DNA of 64,000 nt from positions 7,497,812 through 7,561,811 of the forward strand of contig NC_092675.1 of NCBI RefSeq assembly GCF_964355755.1, written 5' to 3'. Positions 47,901-59,900 of this stretch are shown here, one piece after another (the stretch's first letter is position 1; the number at the start of each line of letters is the position of its first letter). This DNA is from Antedon mediterranea (lineage: Eukaryota; Animalia; Echinodermata). A model generated the notes under the pieces. It saw only the letters and a list, made by a program, of their open reading frames with translations. It was not told where the DNA came from and searched no databases. The position numbers and the translations under genes are program-made.

Positions 47901-50900
47901 TAACCTCGAAATATACAAACGTAGTTTTGTTTATTATGGAAGTTCACTCTGGAATGGCCTACCTTATGAATTAAGAAAACAAAACAATTATAACCGTTTT
48001 AAATCACTTGTTAAGATTCATTTATTGTTGCCGGTGGTCTAGGATGGTTCCAGTGAAATATATTTAAATATGGTATAAAAGTTATAATAATAATGAGAAC
48101 ATGCATTGAAGTTTAGTTTTAGTTTAAGTTTTAGTTTAAGTTTAGTTTAAGTTGTTTGTTTAAATGTGCCGTAGGGCCCCTCGGAAGAGCAGTTTTATTT
48201 TATTACTGAGAGGGCTACCCTACTGAAAGAAAACGAAATAAATAAATAAATAAATAAATAAATGCATAATCAATTTGCCTATGTCATGCTAATGTTTTTT
48301 GGCTGTTTTTTGTATTGTTTTGCATGTTTCTATTATATATAATAGTGTATGTTTTATGGTGGTGGTTGATCAAACCTGTTAGTAGCGGGTTTTTTTTTTT
48401 CGCTGAAGGTTTAGATTAAATAAAATAAAATAATACATTAAAAAAAATCATCAGTCATAAAGTTTAAATTGTTTCGAGTCTTTGTTGCCAATTTGTAATA
48501 AAGGTTCTGTAATATGGTCACAATATCATAATAGTATCATAATAATAATAATGTGACCACTATATCATAGGCCATAGGCCCAAAGCTTGGTTCCCATACT
48601 AGGGACAACGTATAACGCATTACGTAACGCAATGACCAATGACAAGCGACAGTTATTGGTAAACTTGCTTGCGTTGCGCTGTAGTGTGACCTCTATCCGT
48701 GATGTGTGACACTGTATTAAGAAATGTTCCTAATACTGGACAGATGATGTCACATGATACAGATTATCGGGCGCGAATGTTAATAATCATACAAGGACCT
48801 TGACAGTAGGATCGAACAAGCGAATAAAGGAGTCTGGACAAACATTATCGTATGGCCTGTAAAAATATTACTCATTACATTTAACAACATTAATCTAACA
48901 TTACCGTATGACGTGATTAATTTAAAGCTCGGCTACTACATATAGGCATGACTTTTAAATAACGTATTTGGTTAGGCATAAATGTACAAAAATTCAGTAG
49001 TTGTACAGCCTGATATTACCATTTTTTAAATCTCCAGAAAACGATAAATGTTGGGTGTATGGAAGATGATTTTTAATATAGCGCAAAAATAAAAATATAA
49101 AGTTGAATAAAAAATAAATAGTTATTACTTACGGTACTATTCTAACAAAATATTGCCATGACGTTTATTTTCCATTGTTTTAATGCCTCTTTGTTTAAAC
49201 ACATGTGACAGAATAGGGACTTAAGTGGATAATCTCCCCACACTCACTTTTTTGTGTCGTGTGACACATTTTAAAACGGTTTGCCTGCAACCTGGTCTTT
49301 ACCACCTTGTCTTTACCATTGCTCCTACATAATTATTTTACATCAGCCGTCCGATTGTTTGTCGTTAACGCGTGTAGTCCTGCTGTCCTCAATATGACTT
49401 TACCATTGTATTATTGTGGTGTTAATTTTTCTCTCTTTAACTGTACCAGTTTATATTTATATTCATTATATTAATATAAATATTTACTTTAATAATATAT
49501 CCGCACGCTATGTCTATAGAAGATTACATCTAAATCATGCCGCCACGCAGGGAACTGTCGCAACTAAACATCCGACGCGTTGCGTCATCTGATGGGAACC
49601 AAGTTTAAAGCGTACAGGCCTACCCACCCGTAAGGCACTGTGAAAGCTCCGAGATTCGAACCCACTCTATATTGGTATATAAACAAGCATATCAACCACC
49701 ACGCTTCAATGTCACTACTAAAACATAGACCAGCGGTAGCTATTTATACGTAGAGCATTGGTTTAGTTAGATAAAAATAGATACGGGTTATGTTTATTAC
49801 CTTACCTTTATCTGACTAATACCATTTTCCTTGATTATATTTCGCACGTTAATAGTCCAATCCATTATTAACTCGTAATATTTGACATATTTGTCTTTTA
49901 TGATTTCCGAGGAAAATTAACATTGACATTATCATTTGTTGTTGACTCCTTATCCAATAATACATGCAGATTTACATTTACATCTCTCTGCATCCAGAAG
50001 TCGAAATCAAGTTTTTCCAGTAATTTTTCTTCTTGTAGAGGCACGAAGGGTGGCAAATGATGAAGAAGAGTGGACTATAAACCGTAGGTTCAGTGTACAC
50101 AGTTATAACCTGTGTGCACTTTAAAGAACCCAGTTCATTATTTGAGAAGAGTAGCGGGTTACTGGGGTTAACTGGTTCACAAAATAGCCCCTGTATCAGG
50201 GGGATTACCACCTTTCTGATAGGACAGTGATTAATTTACTATTGGTAATCTTTGCCCACATTGCCCAAAGACATAAAATAAAAATAAATCTGTTGTTGAC
50301 TCCTTATCCAATAACACATGCAGATTTACATTTAGATCTCTCTGCATCCAGAAATCGGAATCAAGAAGTCTTTCTAGTAATTCTTCTTCTTGTAGGGGCA
50401 CGAAGGGTAGCAAATTATGTAAAATAAAGTGGTTGGTCACTTAAGTTACAATTCCAGATTTTCGTTACATGGCAGGGTCGCGATATTTTTTTCGTAAATA
50501 GGTTGGGTCACTGTGTTTTACAGGAGTTATAACCACTAGCATTCTCATTTGGATAATAACAATATACATTTTAAACGATTTACAATTTATGCAATACCGG
50601 TATTCAATGTGATGTGAAAGTTCCCCTCCGATGATTCACTATTCACTTCAATAAGATACAATTATATTTATTTCCTGATATTATGATGTAATGCTTCTGG
50701 AGCCTTCAGACCTCGGGAACTCTGAAACACAACCACTCATACACTGCCTCTGTAGCAACGGCCTGCCCTGGTTGTATCCTATTAATATATTGATGGATTG
50801 AGGTATTACATTTGTGTAGCGTCTAAAAACATTAGACCTATTTTAGACATTTGTTTGCATAAACATAAGGAGTACAAATGTTTTATTTTGTAACACATTG

Positions 50901-53900
50901 AATTGCCAATATTATGTACATAATCTATATTATAAGATGCACGTAACACGGTAAAGACAACATCAATAGGTATATGCTGTTTATATGCAGAGGACTTTTA
51001 CCACACTAATGCTCCGACTACACTATCAAACTTTTATGACAACAAATGTGATGTGCCCATATATGGATGATGTCATATCACTACAGTACCATATTTGGGC
51101 ACATCACACTTTTTTTGTCTAACTAGTTTGACAGTGTTGACAAAGCTTAAGGCTGGATGATTTTAAAAATTGTTTTCAAAATACTAATAAAGACAGTATT
51201 ACACATTAATAATATAAAAACTTTATTTCTTGTATGGCAAAAACATACAAAAGGTATAATACATATGAGTATATAGTTATAACCGGTATAAAAAGAAACG
51301 CTACCTCGATTTTAATTGTAATTATGTTATATTTTTTTTCAAATTTCTTACAAATTTTTCATATCGTCGAGTTTTTTTCTTCTCGAATAATGTTTTCTAA
51401 ATCATAAGAATAAAAATGAAAAACCAACGTTAATTAAACCTAATAATTGTATTGATCATGGCCTAAAGCGACTAGATATGATCGTATTGTAATATGTTGT
51501 ACTAGAGAATACGTCACATGGATAAATGTGAATGAATTCTGTACTTGCCTCAAAACTATGTCTCATAACTACAGACAAATACAGTAATAGGGAGGTTTCG
51601 CAACCTTACGAATACGATAACGAAAACGGATACGTCACGCACACGTATTCGTTTTTCGTAAGCCAGTAAAAATCTGTTTCGCATGGCAACGAAATATTGA
51701 GGGCGCCGTCCAAAATATGACTGCGGTAAATTTGAGCGAAGCGCAGGTATACGTGTTGCTGCTTGACTGCCTAGCCTAGGGAGGCCTAGCGTAACATCAA
51801 AGCGAGTGAAGACTTTAAAAACTGCTATTTATCAAAATTCAGTGACCTGGCATAGACAAATACAGTATTATTGTATTATATTCATTTATTTATCATGACA
51901 TCTTTTATTATTATTTAATTAAACACTATCACAATGTTATCAATAGAACACGGTCACTTTCTTGACCTCTATAGATCGGCCGCTTATCTGTGTGCAATAT
52001 TTGATACCTTATCTAAAATGTAATATTAAATATATATTAAATCTAAATGTTAAACCTTACTGATCGATATGCATTACTTGTTCCACAAGTAAATGCTTTC
52101 AACATGGGAAAGTCATTTGGTCAAATAATATGTTTAAACGAAGTAGGTACTGTAAACTCCGATTACGTGGGCCTAACCTCATATTTATTTGGATTTACAC
52201 CTTTAAATCGGTGGCACACTTAAAATACAAAGGTGCATCCTTCAAAAGAACAATACAAATAAAACGAAAAATTGCGAAAAAGCAGGATAAACAAATAAAG
52301 TAAAATAAAATAAATCAAACCATAGCACTATACCACCAATTTTCTTTAAATTTATCTAATAATTTAAATTTATTTATTTATTCGGCCAGAAGTATGTTAA
52401 GCTCTGATCAATTCGGCTAACGTTCTTGCAAGCTCGGATCATGAGAATTAACGTATTTCTCTTTGCTCGGATCAGTTCGGCCAGAAATCTGACAAGCTCG
52501 GAGCAATTCGGCCAACGTCCTTGCAAGGTCGGATCATGGAGAATTAACGTATTTCTCCTTGCTCGGATCAATTCCGCCAGAAATCTGACAAGTTCGGATC
52601 AATTCGGCTATAAATCTGGCAATCTCAGATAATTTCGGCCAGAAATCTGATAAGCTCGGAACAATTCGGCCAGTTAAACCATGAGTTCCAATCATTATCC
52701 AATGTCCAGAGCTTACCTGATTAAATGAGTTTATTTGTGGTTTTTTAAAGTAAATATAATGCATGTAATTGGCTTCGTCTCAAATATTATGAAACTAATT
52801 TACTAAATGACATAACGTTTTAATGCCATATTTCGTTTTACCAAAACAATAATGTTGTCTATTATAATATAACAGGAAATCTGAAGCTTTCCTAATGGAG
52901 GTTATATTGTGTTACATTTTTAATTAAAGTTTATCTCATTTGATTGGTTGATCAAAATGCATTAAAATATTTGATTTTGCTCTGGGGCTATAACAGCTTA
53001 GCAACCATTAGCACCGTCTATTTGTCATTGTCTATTGACACTCAACTATCAAAACAAGTTGGTTTACCTTGTCAGATCATAGTGAGCCGACTGTCTTGGT
53101 GTTTGTTTTCGACTTTAGTGAATTACAATTAAAAACATAAGTATTAATTACATTACAATAATTACACATTAATGTTAATAGGTTAATCCTATAAGTATCA
53201 ACGCCTTCATATCCAAGCCGAAGGTCGCGGGATAATGTGATTAATCTTTGTATTGTAGAATTTAAACTTAATATTATGTCGAATTATTAATGTTTAAAGT
53301 TTCCTCAGTCATATCTTATAAATCACTTTTTCGCGCAAATTAAGTAAGGCCTAATATTATTTCCGTTTTCTCGTGAAGCATGATTCTGCGCCTGACTTTA
53401 AATATACTGTATACCGTACGCAATATGAATAACCATGCGGGCTATCGTTGAATACCCCAAATAAAACTTGGTTTCAAAGACGCTGTGCGTCTTTGACGAA
53501 GTTTCAATATCCGGCAGACCCTGCCTCAGTTTTGTTTTTCAACGTCGTAGGCTACAATATAAAATAAACTTAAATTGACACAAAACGTTGACTTTGTTAA
53601 CTAATAAGGCATAGGTGGTAACATTAAAAAAAATAAGAAGAAAGAGAGGCAACTGCAGGCTAGGTTGACAACGGTGAACGGTGCACGGTGCACAAATGAC
53701 CGAGCGGGAAAGGGCTGGATGGAAATGGCGATGTTGCGATCGGGCCTACATCCGTTTTATCTATATTATAAGTGAGAGAGTTTGTACGTCTGTCTGTTTG
53801 TTTGTTTGTTCGTTATACAAATCTTTGTTACTGCACATAACCTTACATATTGGGCACCACTCATTTTGAAGCTAACGTTGAATTGAATTTGTCCTTAAAA

Positions 53901-56900
53901 AAGAGTGTGAGGTGTTATTGAAGATGGGTGGAGGTTGGTGAGTATAGGGAGATACTAGCGTCGTGTGTTATGCACTGAGAAGGCTTCTGAAAACCAATTA
54001 AAAAAAATTGCTAGTGAATCTATAAATGTTTATTTTCGTTCTAGCTAGCGTACGAATTTAATTGTGTATCTCGTTTTTTTTTTATAGATTGTACCGTTGT
54101 CTGCATCTGTAGATGACTATGACCCAAACGTGGTAAGAAAATATACCGTTCTGTTAGCACAACTAATTTGCTTATTTCTGTTTCTATAATGGTTTCCAAG
54201 GAGACAACAAGGCTTTATGTTTCTTAAATTACTGTATAACGATTTCGATAACACATTTATGAAATTTGTTATAATGCCGTACAGAAGATTCCGAATGTTA
54301 CAATTGTACTTTTTATTTCAGAGTAGTAATAATCTTCATTTCCGTATAGTTAGTTTAGAGATTAGGGCTACATGGCGCCAAATAAAAAAAAGGTTTTATT
54401 CGACGCGTCCACTCATTTCAATGGTAATCTTTAATTTTGTTTTTTCTTAATTTTTAATCAAAAAGATAATACTGCATTGTTATGTTGTCATGATTCCTAC
54501 TCTTTTTAATTACTATATTAGAAAGTATGGCAAAGCTTCAATGATGACGTGTACAACTTCATTATCTATATGATAACGTTCATGATAGTTGTGAAGATAT
54601 GGGAGGAACACGCAATGTAAGTTATTGACCATAAATACCACACCCATTCCTTCTCAAACATCATATCGTTCCCGTCTTCAACACCACACACCCCTCTCCA
54701 AAACCACACCCACCACTTCTCCAACACCACACCCACCCTTATTCAACACCACACCCACCTTTCTTCAACACCACACCCTCCTCTTTTCAAACACCACATC
54801 CTCCCCTTTTCCAACACCACACCCACCCCTTTTCCAACACCACACCCACCCCTTCTCCAACACCACACCCACCCTTCTCCAAAACCACACCCACACCTTC
54901 TCCAACACCACACCCACCTCTCTCCAACACCACACCCACTCCTTCTCCAACACCACACCCACCCCTTCTCCAACACCACACCCACCCCTTCTCCAACACC
55001 ACACCCACCCTTCTCCAACACCACACCCACCCTTCTCCAAAACCACACCCACCCCTTCTCCAACACCACACCCACCCCTCTCCAACACCACACCCACTCC
55101 TTCTCCAACACCACACCCACCCCTTCTCCAACACCACACCCACCCTTCTCCAACACCACACCCCCCTTTCCAATACCACACCCACCCTCTCCAATACCAC
55201 ACCCCACTCCTCCAACACCACACCCACTCCTCCAACACCACACCCACTCCTCCAACACCACACACACCCCTCTCCAACACCACACCCACCCCTCTCCAAC
55301 ACCACACCCACTCCTTCTCCAACACCACACCCACCCCTTCTCCAACACCACACCCACCCTTCTCCAACACCACACCCACCCTTCTCCAACACCACACCCC
55401 CTCTCCAATACCACACCCACCCTCTCCAATACCACACCCCACTCCTCCAACACCACACCCACTCCTCCAACACCACACACACCCCTCTCCAATACCACAC
55501 CCATTCCTTCTCCAACACCACACCCATTCCTTCTCCAACACCACACCCACCCCTTCTCAACCACCACACCCACCTTCTCCAATACCACACCCACCTCTCT
55601 CCCATACCACACCCACTCCTTCTCCAACACCACACCCGCCCATTCTCCAACACCACACCCACCCCTCTCCAAAAACAACAATCACCACTTTTCCAACACC
55701 ACACCCACCCTTCTTCAACACCACATCCTCCCCTTTTCCAACACCCACATCCACCCCTTCTCAAACACCACACCCACCCCTTCTCAAACACCACACCCAC
55801 CCTTTCCAATACCACACCCACCCCTCTCCCATACCACACCCACTCCTTCTCTAACACCACACCCGCCCATTCTCCAACACCACACCCACCCCTCTCCAAA
55901 ACAACCACCACCACTTCTCCAACACCACACCCACCCTTCTTCAACACCACACCCTCCCCTTTTCCAACACCACACCCTTCAATTTTCAAAGACCACACCC
56001 ACCCCTCACCAATACCACACCCACTCCTTCTCAAACATCACATCCACCCATCCTCCAACACCACAACCACCCCTTCTCTAACACTACACCCATCCCTTCT
56101 TTAACACCGCCCTCTTCTTCAATGGCATGCCATACTTTATTGACCATCAAATAAGCGTTCCCATCGCCCGCCGTAAACGTTCAACTGTATATAGGCCTAC
56201 AGTAATATGGAAACTAATTATTGTAAGCTATACACAATATCAGGCTCTAGTCTGTAACAATAGATTAAGAAAAAGGCTTACATTAATACTATCGAGTTAT
56301 AGAGGACATTAATTAAGTAATATAAGTCACGACACATCTAACGAACATAACGCATATACAAAATCAACACATACATTGGTTACAATGTTGAGATAATTAT
56401 TCGATCAAAGATTTGATTAAAATTAGAAATATTATTGTGATAAAACAGACGTCAGTTATTAAGTAAGTGTCTTCCACGACCCAATAATTGTTATTAAACA
56501 TTTATTTACTGAATAAATAAATCATAATTAAACATACTTTGCAATTACAATAATTTCTATCCCCGTTGCTATGACGAAAAGAATAGTTTGATGACAGTCT
56601 GTAGCTACGAAATAATGGTATTCTGCAATTGCTTTAAATGTGTACAGTGGTTCCCAAGAAAGAAAGGAATTGGACGTTTCAGTGTTAATCTATAACCAAC
56701 AGTAAGGGCGTGTGGCGCAGTAGTGTGTTGGACGTTCGACTACTGATCGATGTTCGAATCCAACTCTCGTCGCATTGCTTGTATCCTTAGGCAAGATACT
56801 TTACTTACCTTTGCCTCTCTCCGCCCAGGTGTATAAATGGGAACCCAGTTAGATCAAAACAAAACTTTGCACTGATTACTAGCTGCTTTATTGTGTTTGA

Positions 56901-59900
56901 TCCAAACAAATGACTGGGGTAATAATGTTCAGCGCGTTTCATTAGGCGCTATATGAATAAATAAATCCAGGATGAAGATACCCCTATTAAGAGGATACTT
57001 TATTGGATCCGAAGGTGTCCCCTCAATGTGTTTTAACCTGGTTGATTTAACGTTTGTTATAATATTAATGTTTATTGTTATTTTTTATTTTTTATTTTTT
57101 CAGTATATTTAGTACAATGAGGAATATTGGAGATACTGCGATTGTACTAAATGTTGTAAGTATAATTGTCTCTATGCCTATATAATAATAATAATATTGC
57201 ATAATCCAAATCAAATAATTTCCAATAACTCTTCTATTAAATTATTGTTTAATGTAGGCCTGATCCTTTCAAACAAACATAGTTTCCCATAGTAGCAATC
57301 CTACTTTAGAACATCCTTATGGGACACTATATCGGGCACTATATTCAATGTGTCCCATTATTAACAGGATTTACATGCTTTAACAAATAACAACTATAAT
57401 TCACTATGTAATATACACTGTCGTAGGTTGGTTAGTGAACCGTTTCACAATTACTTATTGTAAACAATATAAAATAAATTGTTAAATTTACGAGTCAGTA
57501 ATTTTGCACGTTCAACAGCTCCTTCATCACACAATTTCCATTTTAACTCTTCTATTAAATTATTGTTTGTTAGTTACCCGAACACAACCATCATACGTGT
57601 TTTGATGTCTATAAATGATTTGCTAATCATAAACGCAAGGCATATGTAGAAAGGGCAACAATAACGTTTATATCAGTGGCGAGGGCTATCTTTTTACTTA
57701 TCCTCATGTGTCTCCCCCACCCACCTCTCCGCAGTAACTACCAGTGCACTCATCAGAAAATGAGTACCTGGTTAAAAAACAGGTGAAGGCGATGTGGAAG
57801 GAACTGGCAAGCCTACCACATAATGTTGAGGCATAGCCTACCTGAGCTCATAGAAGCACCTTCAACGTTGAGGATAAAGTACGATACTCCCTAATTTACT
57901 TGCCTTGAATTTTTGAAGAGAAAAAAAAAAGGATTTTAAAGTAGTCAGTAATACATTAAACGTAAATCATGTTTTATCATAGAATATAGATCTTATTTTG
58001 TATCTATTATTTTCAGATTCTGCTTCTTGTTGTAAGCCTTATACCTTTCTTTGTAAGTATTTTAACCTTGTTTTAATAGTGGATCTGTGGCTTGACTGTT
58101 TATTTCCCAGCCTCAAATGAGACTTGGTTTATAAGCACGAGATATAGTTTATACATTGTATAATTGGTTAGTTGCTTGCTGATGGATGTGTATGACAAAC
58201 CCCGTAGTTAGGCAGTTGTCTGTTTATCAGTGCATCTCATTTGGTGTTAAATTCCATCGAATTAATGGGAATGCTTGGACTAATTAGCACATCACAGAAC
58301 CTGTACGTAACTGGTCTAGAGAGGTTGTTCAATCATGAAATGACTGCAAAAATACCAAAATTGTTGTATCTTATATAATAGTATTTGTAGGCCTACTAAT
58401 ATTCAGTATTTTATAAGATTTTGTCTGTTTATCAAGGGCCCTACACGATAAGTCTCTTCACAGAAACAGGACAGGCCACCTTCATTATAATAGTAATACA
58501 TAGATAATTAATTAATTAATCAAACAGGACAAAAACAGCAACTTCAAGACTATATAGATGTGTTAATGTTTCCACGAAAACTTGACAGTACATCATCAAT
58601 CTATAAGTTCTTCAATTTAAAAGGTGTTTTACGGATGTTGATAAATGATTCTTTTTCAGTCAACACTTCTTGGTGAATTTCCACTTGAACCCTTGGCACT
58701 CATCTTACAAGGATGTTGTTTTCTACTTATTATTATTCTTGAAGTGAGTACAATATTCTTTACATATTTATTAGAAATCGATATAATTCATCATGTGTCA
58801 TTCACCCGAAGATAACACAACAGAATCATGAAACAATCATGTTGTTTATATATCTGAGAATTGTGTATAGACTATTAGGTATTTGTATTAAATGACATGC
58901 CGTATCACTTTAAATTGTTCGAGTTCGGCTTGATGTGGATGGGGAAGGGGAAACCCATTATACGCTCAGTTCTCCGTACATAAAGACACAAGTATGTTGA
59001 TCAATAGCAAGCGCCGATTTGGATGATCGATCGTGTGTGACAATTGACTGGGCCAGTGGGTCACTATGACATAACGCAAGGACGTAAACGCAATGCAAGT
59101 AATTTGACCAATCGGGCGATGGATTATTCAAACTGTCGCTTGTGTCAATTCGTTTGTGTCAATTCGCTTACGTTGCGCTTACGTCTTTGCGTTGCGTCAT
59201 AGTGGGAGGTCAAAATCACCACCCATTGCGTTGCTTTGGGAATCAAACTTCTATCCACTTACGTCCTCTTTTATCCGATTTATGAATATTATGTATGCCT
59301 GCTTGTCTGTCCGGTTGTTTCTCTCAAAACTCTTTGATCATGCTTGTCACTGCAAACATTAATCACGAGCGTAAGACAAACAAAATTAAGAAATTTCAAT
59401 GTTAAGTTTAGTTAACTATATCGGCATTTGTTTGCGTTGTACATCTATATAGCCATTCATTTCCGGTGACGTGTCTATAAAAATGACAAATTGCATATTA
59501 TATACTGTACTTATGTGTAAAAAAGCACAATTTAGTATTGTACATTATTCACATACAATAGAAGAAAACGGAATGTTCTGCTAATTAGGTAAGACCTTGT
59601 TTAATTAACACAATTCTCCGATTAGGGTCATATGTGTAACTTTCTACCAACAAATTAAATATTCCCCTCATTCTTCTAGGCACTGACTGTTATTGTAGCG
59701 TTTAGTCGGCCTAAAATGATTGAGCCTGAATATATAACATCGTCTGAACAAGTAAGTATGCTATTAATCAATCGAATACTGCAACATTACTATAACATTG
59801 AGAAGTTTATTGTAAAGTCGGAATTGTGCTATAATTAGACAGTACAAGTATTCATTTAATGGTCTAGATATCCATTCATTAATTTAAAATAAAAAATTTT

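Noticed and set aside
51588-51800. CpG-rich segment starting AGGGAGGTTTCGCAA as a transposon left end
   Set aside because: No matching right TIR found, so boundaries cannot be supported.
54625-56034. Long ORFs (409, 415, 312 and 261 aa) rich in P/T/H or G/V/W/C
   Set aside because: Open in several frames on both strands because the repeat lacks stop codons; located in a TMEM175 intron whose flanking exons splice in frame without it.
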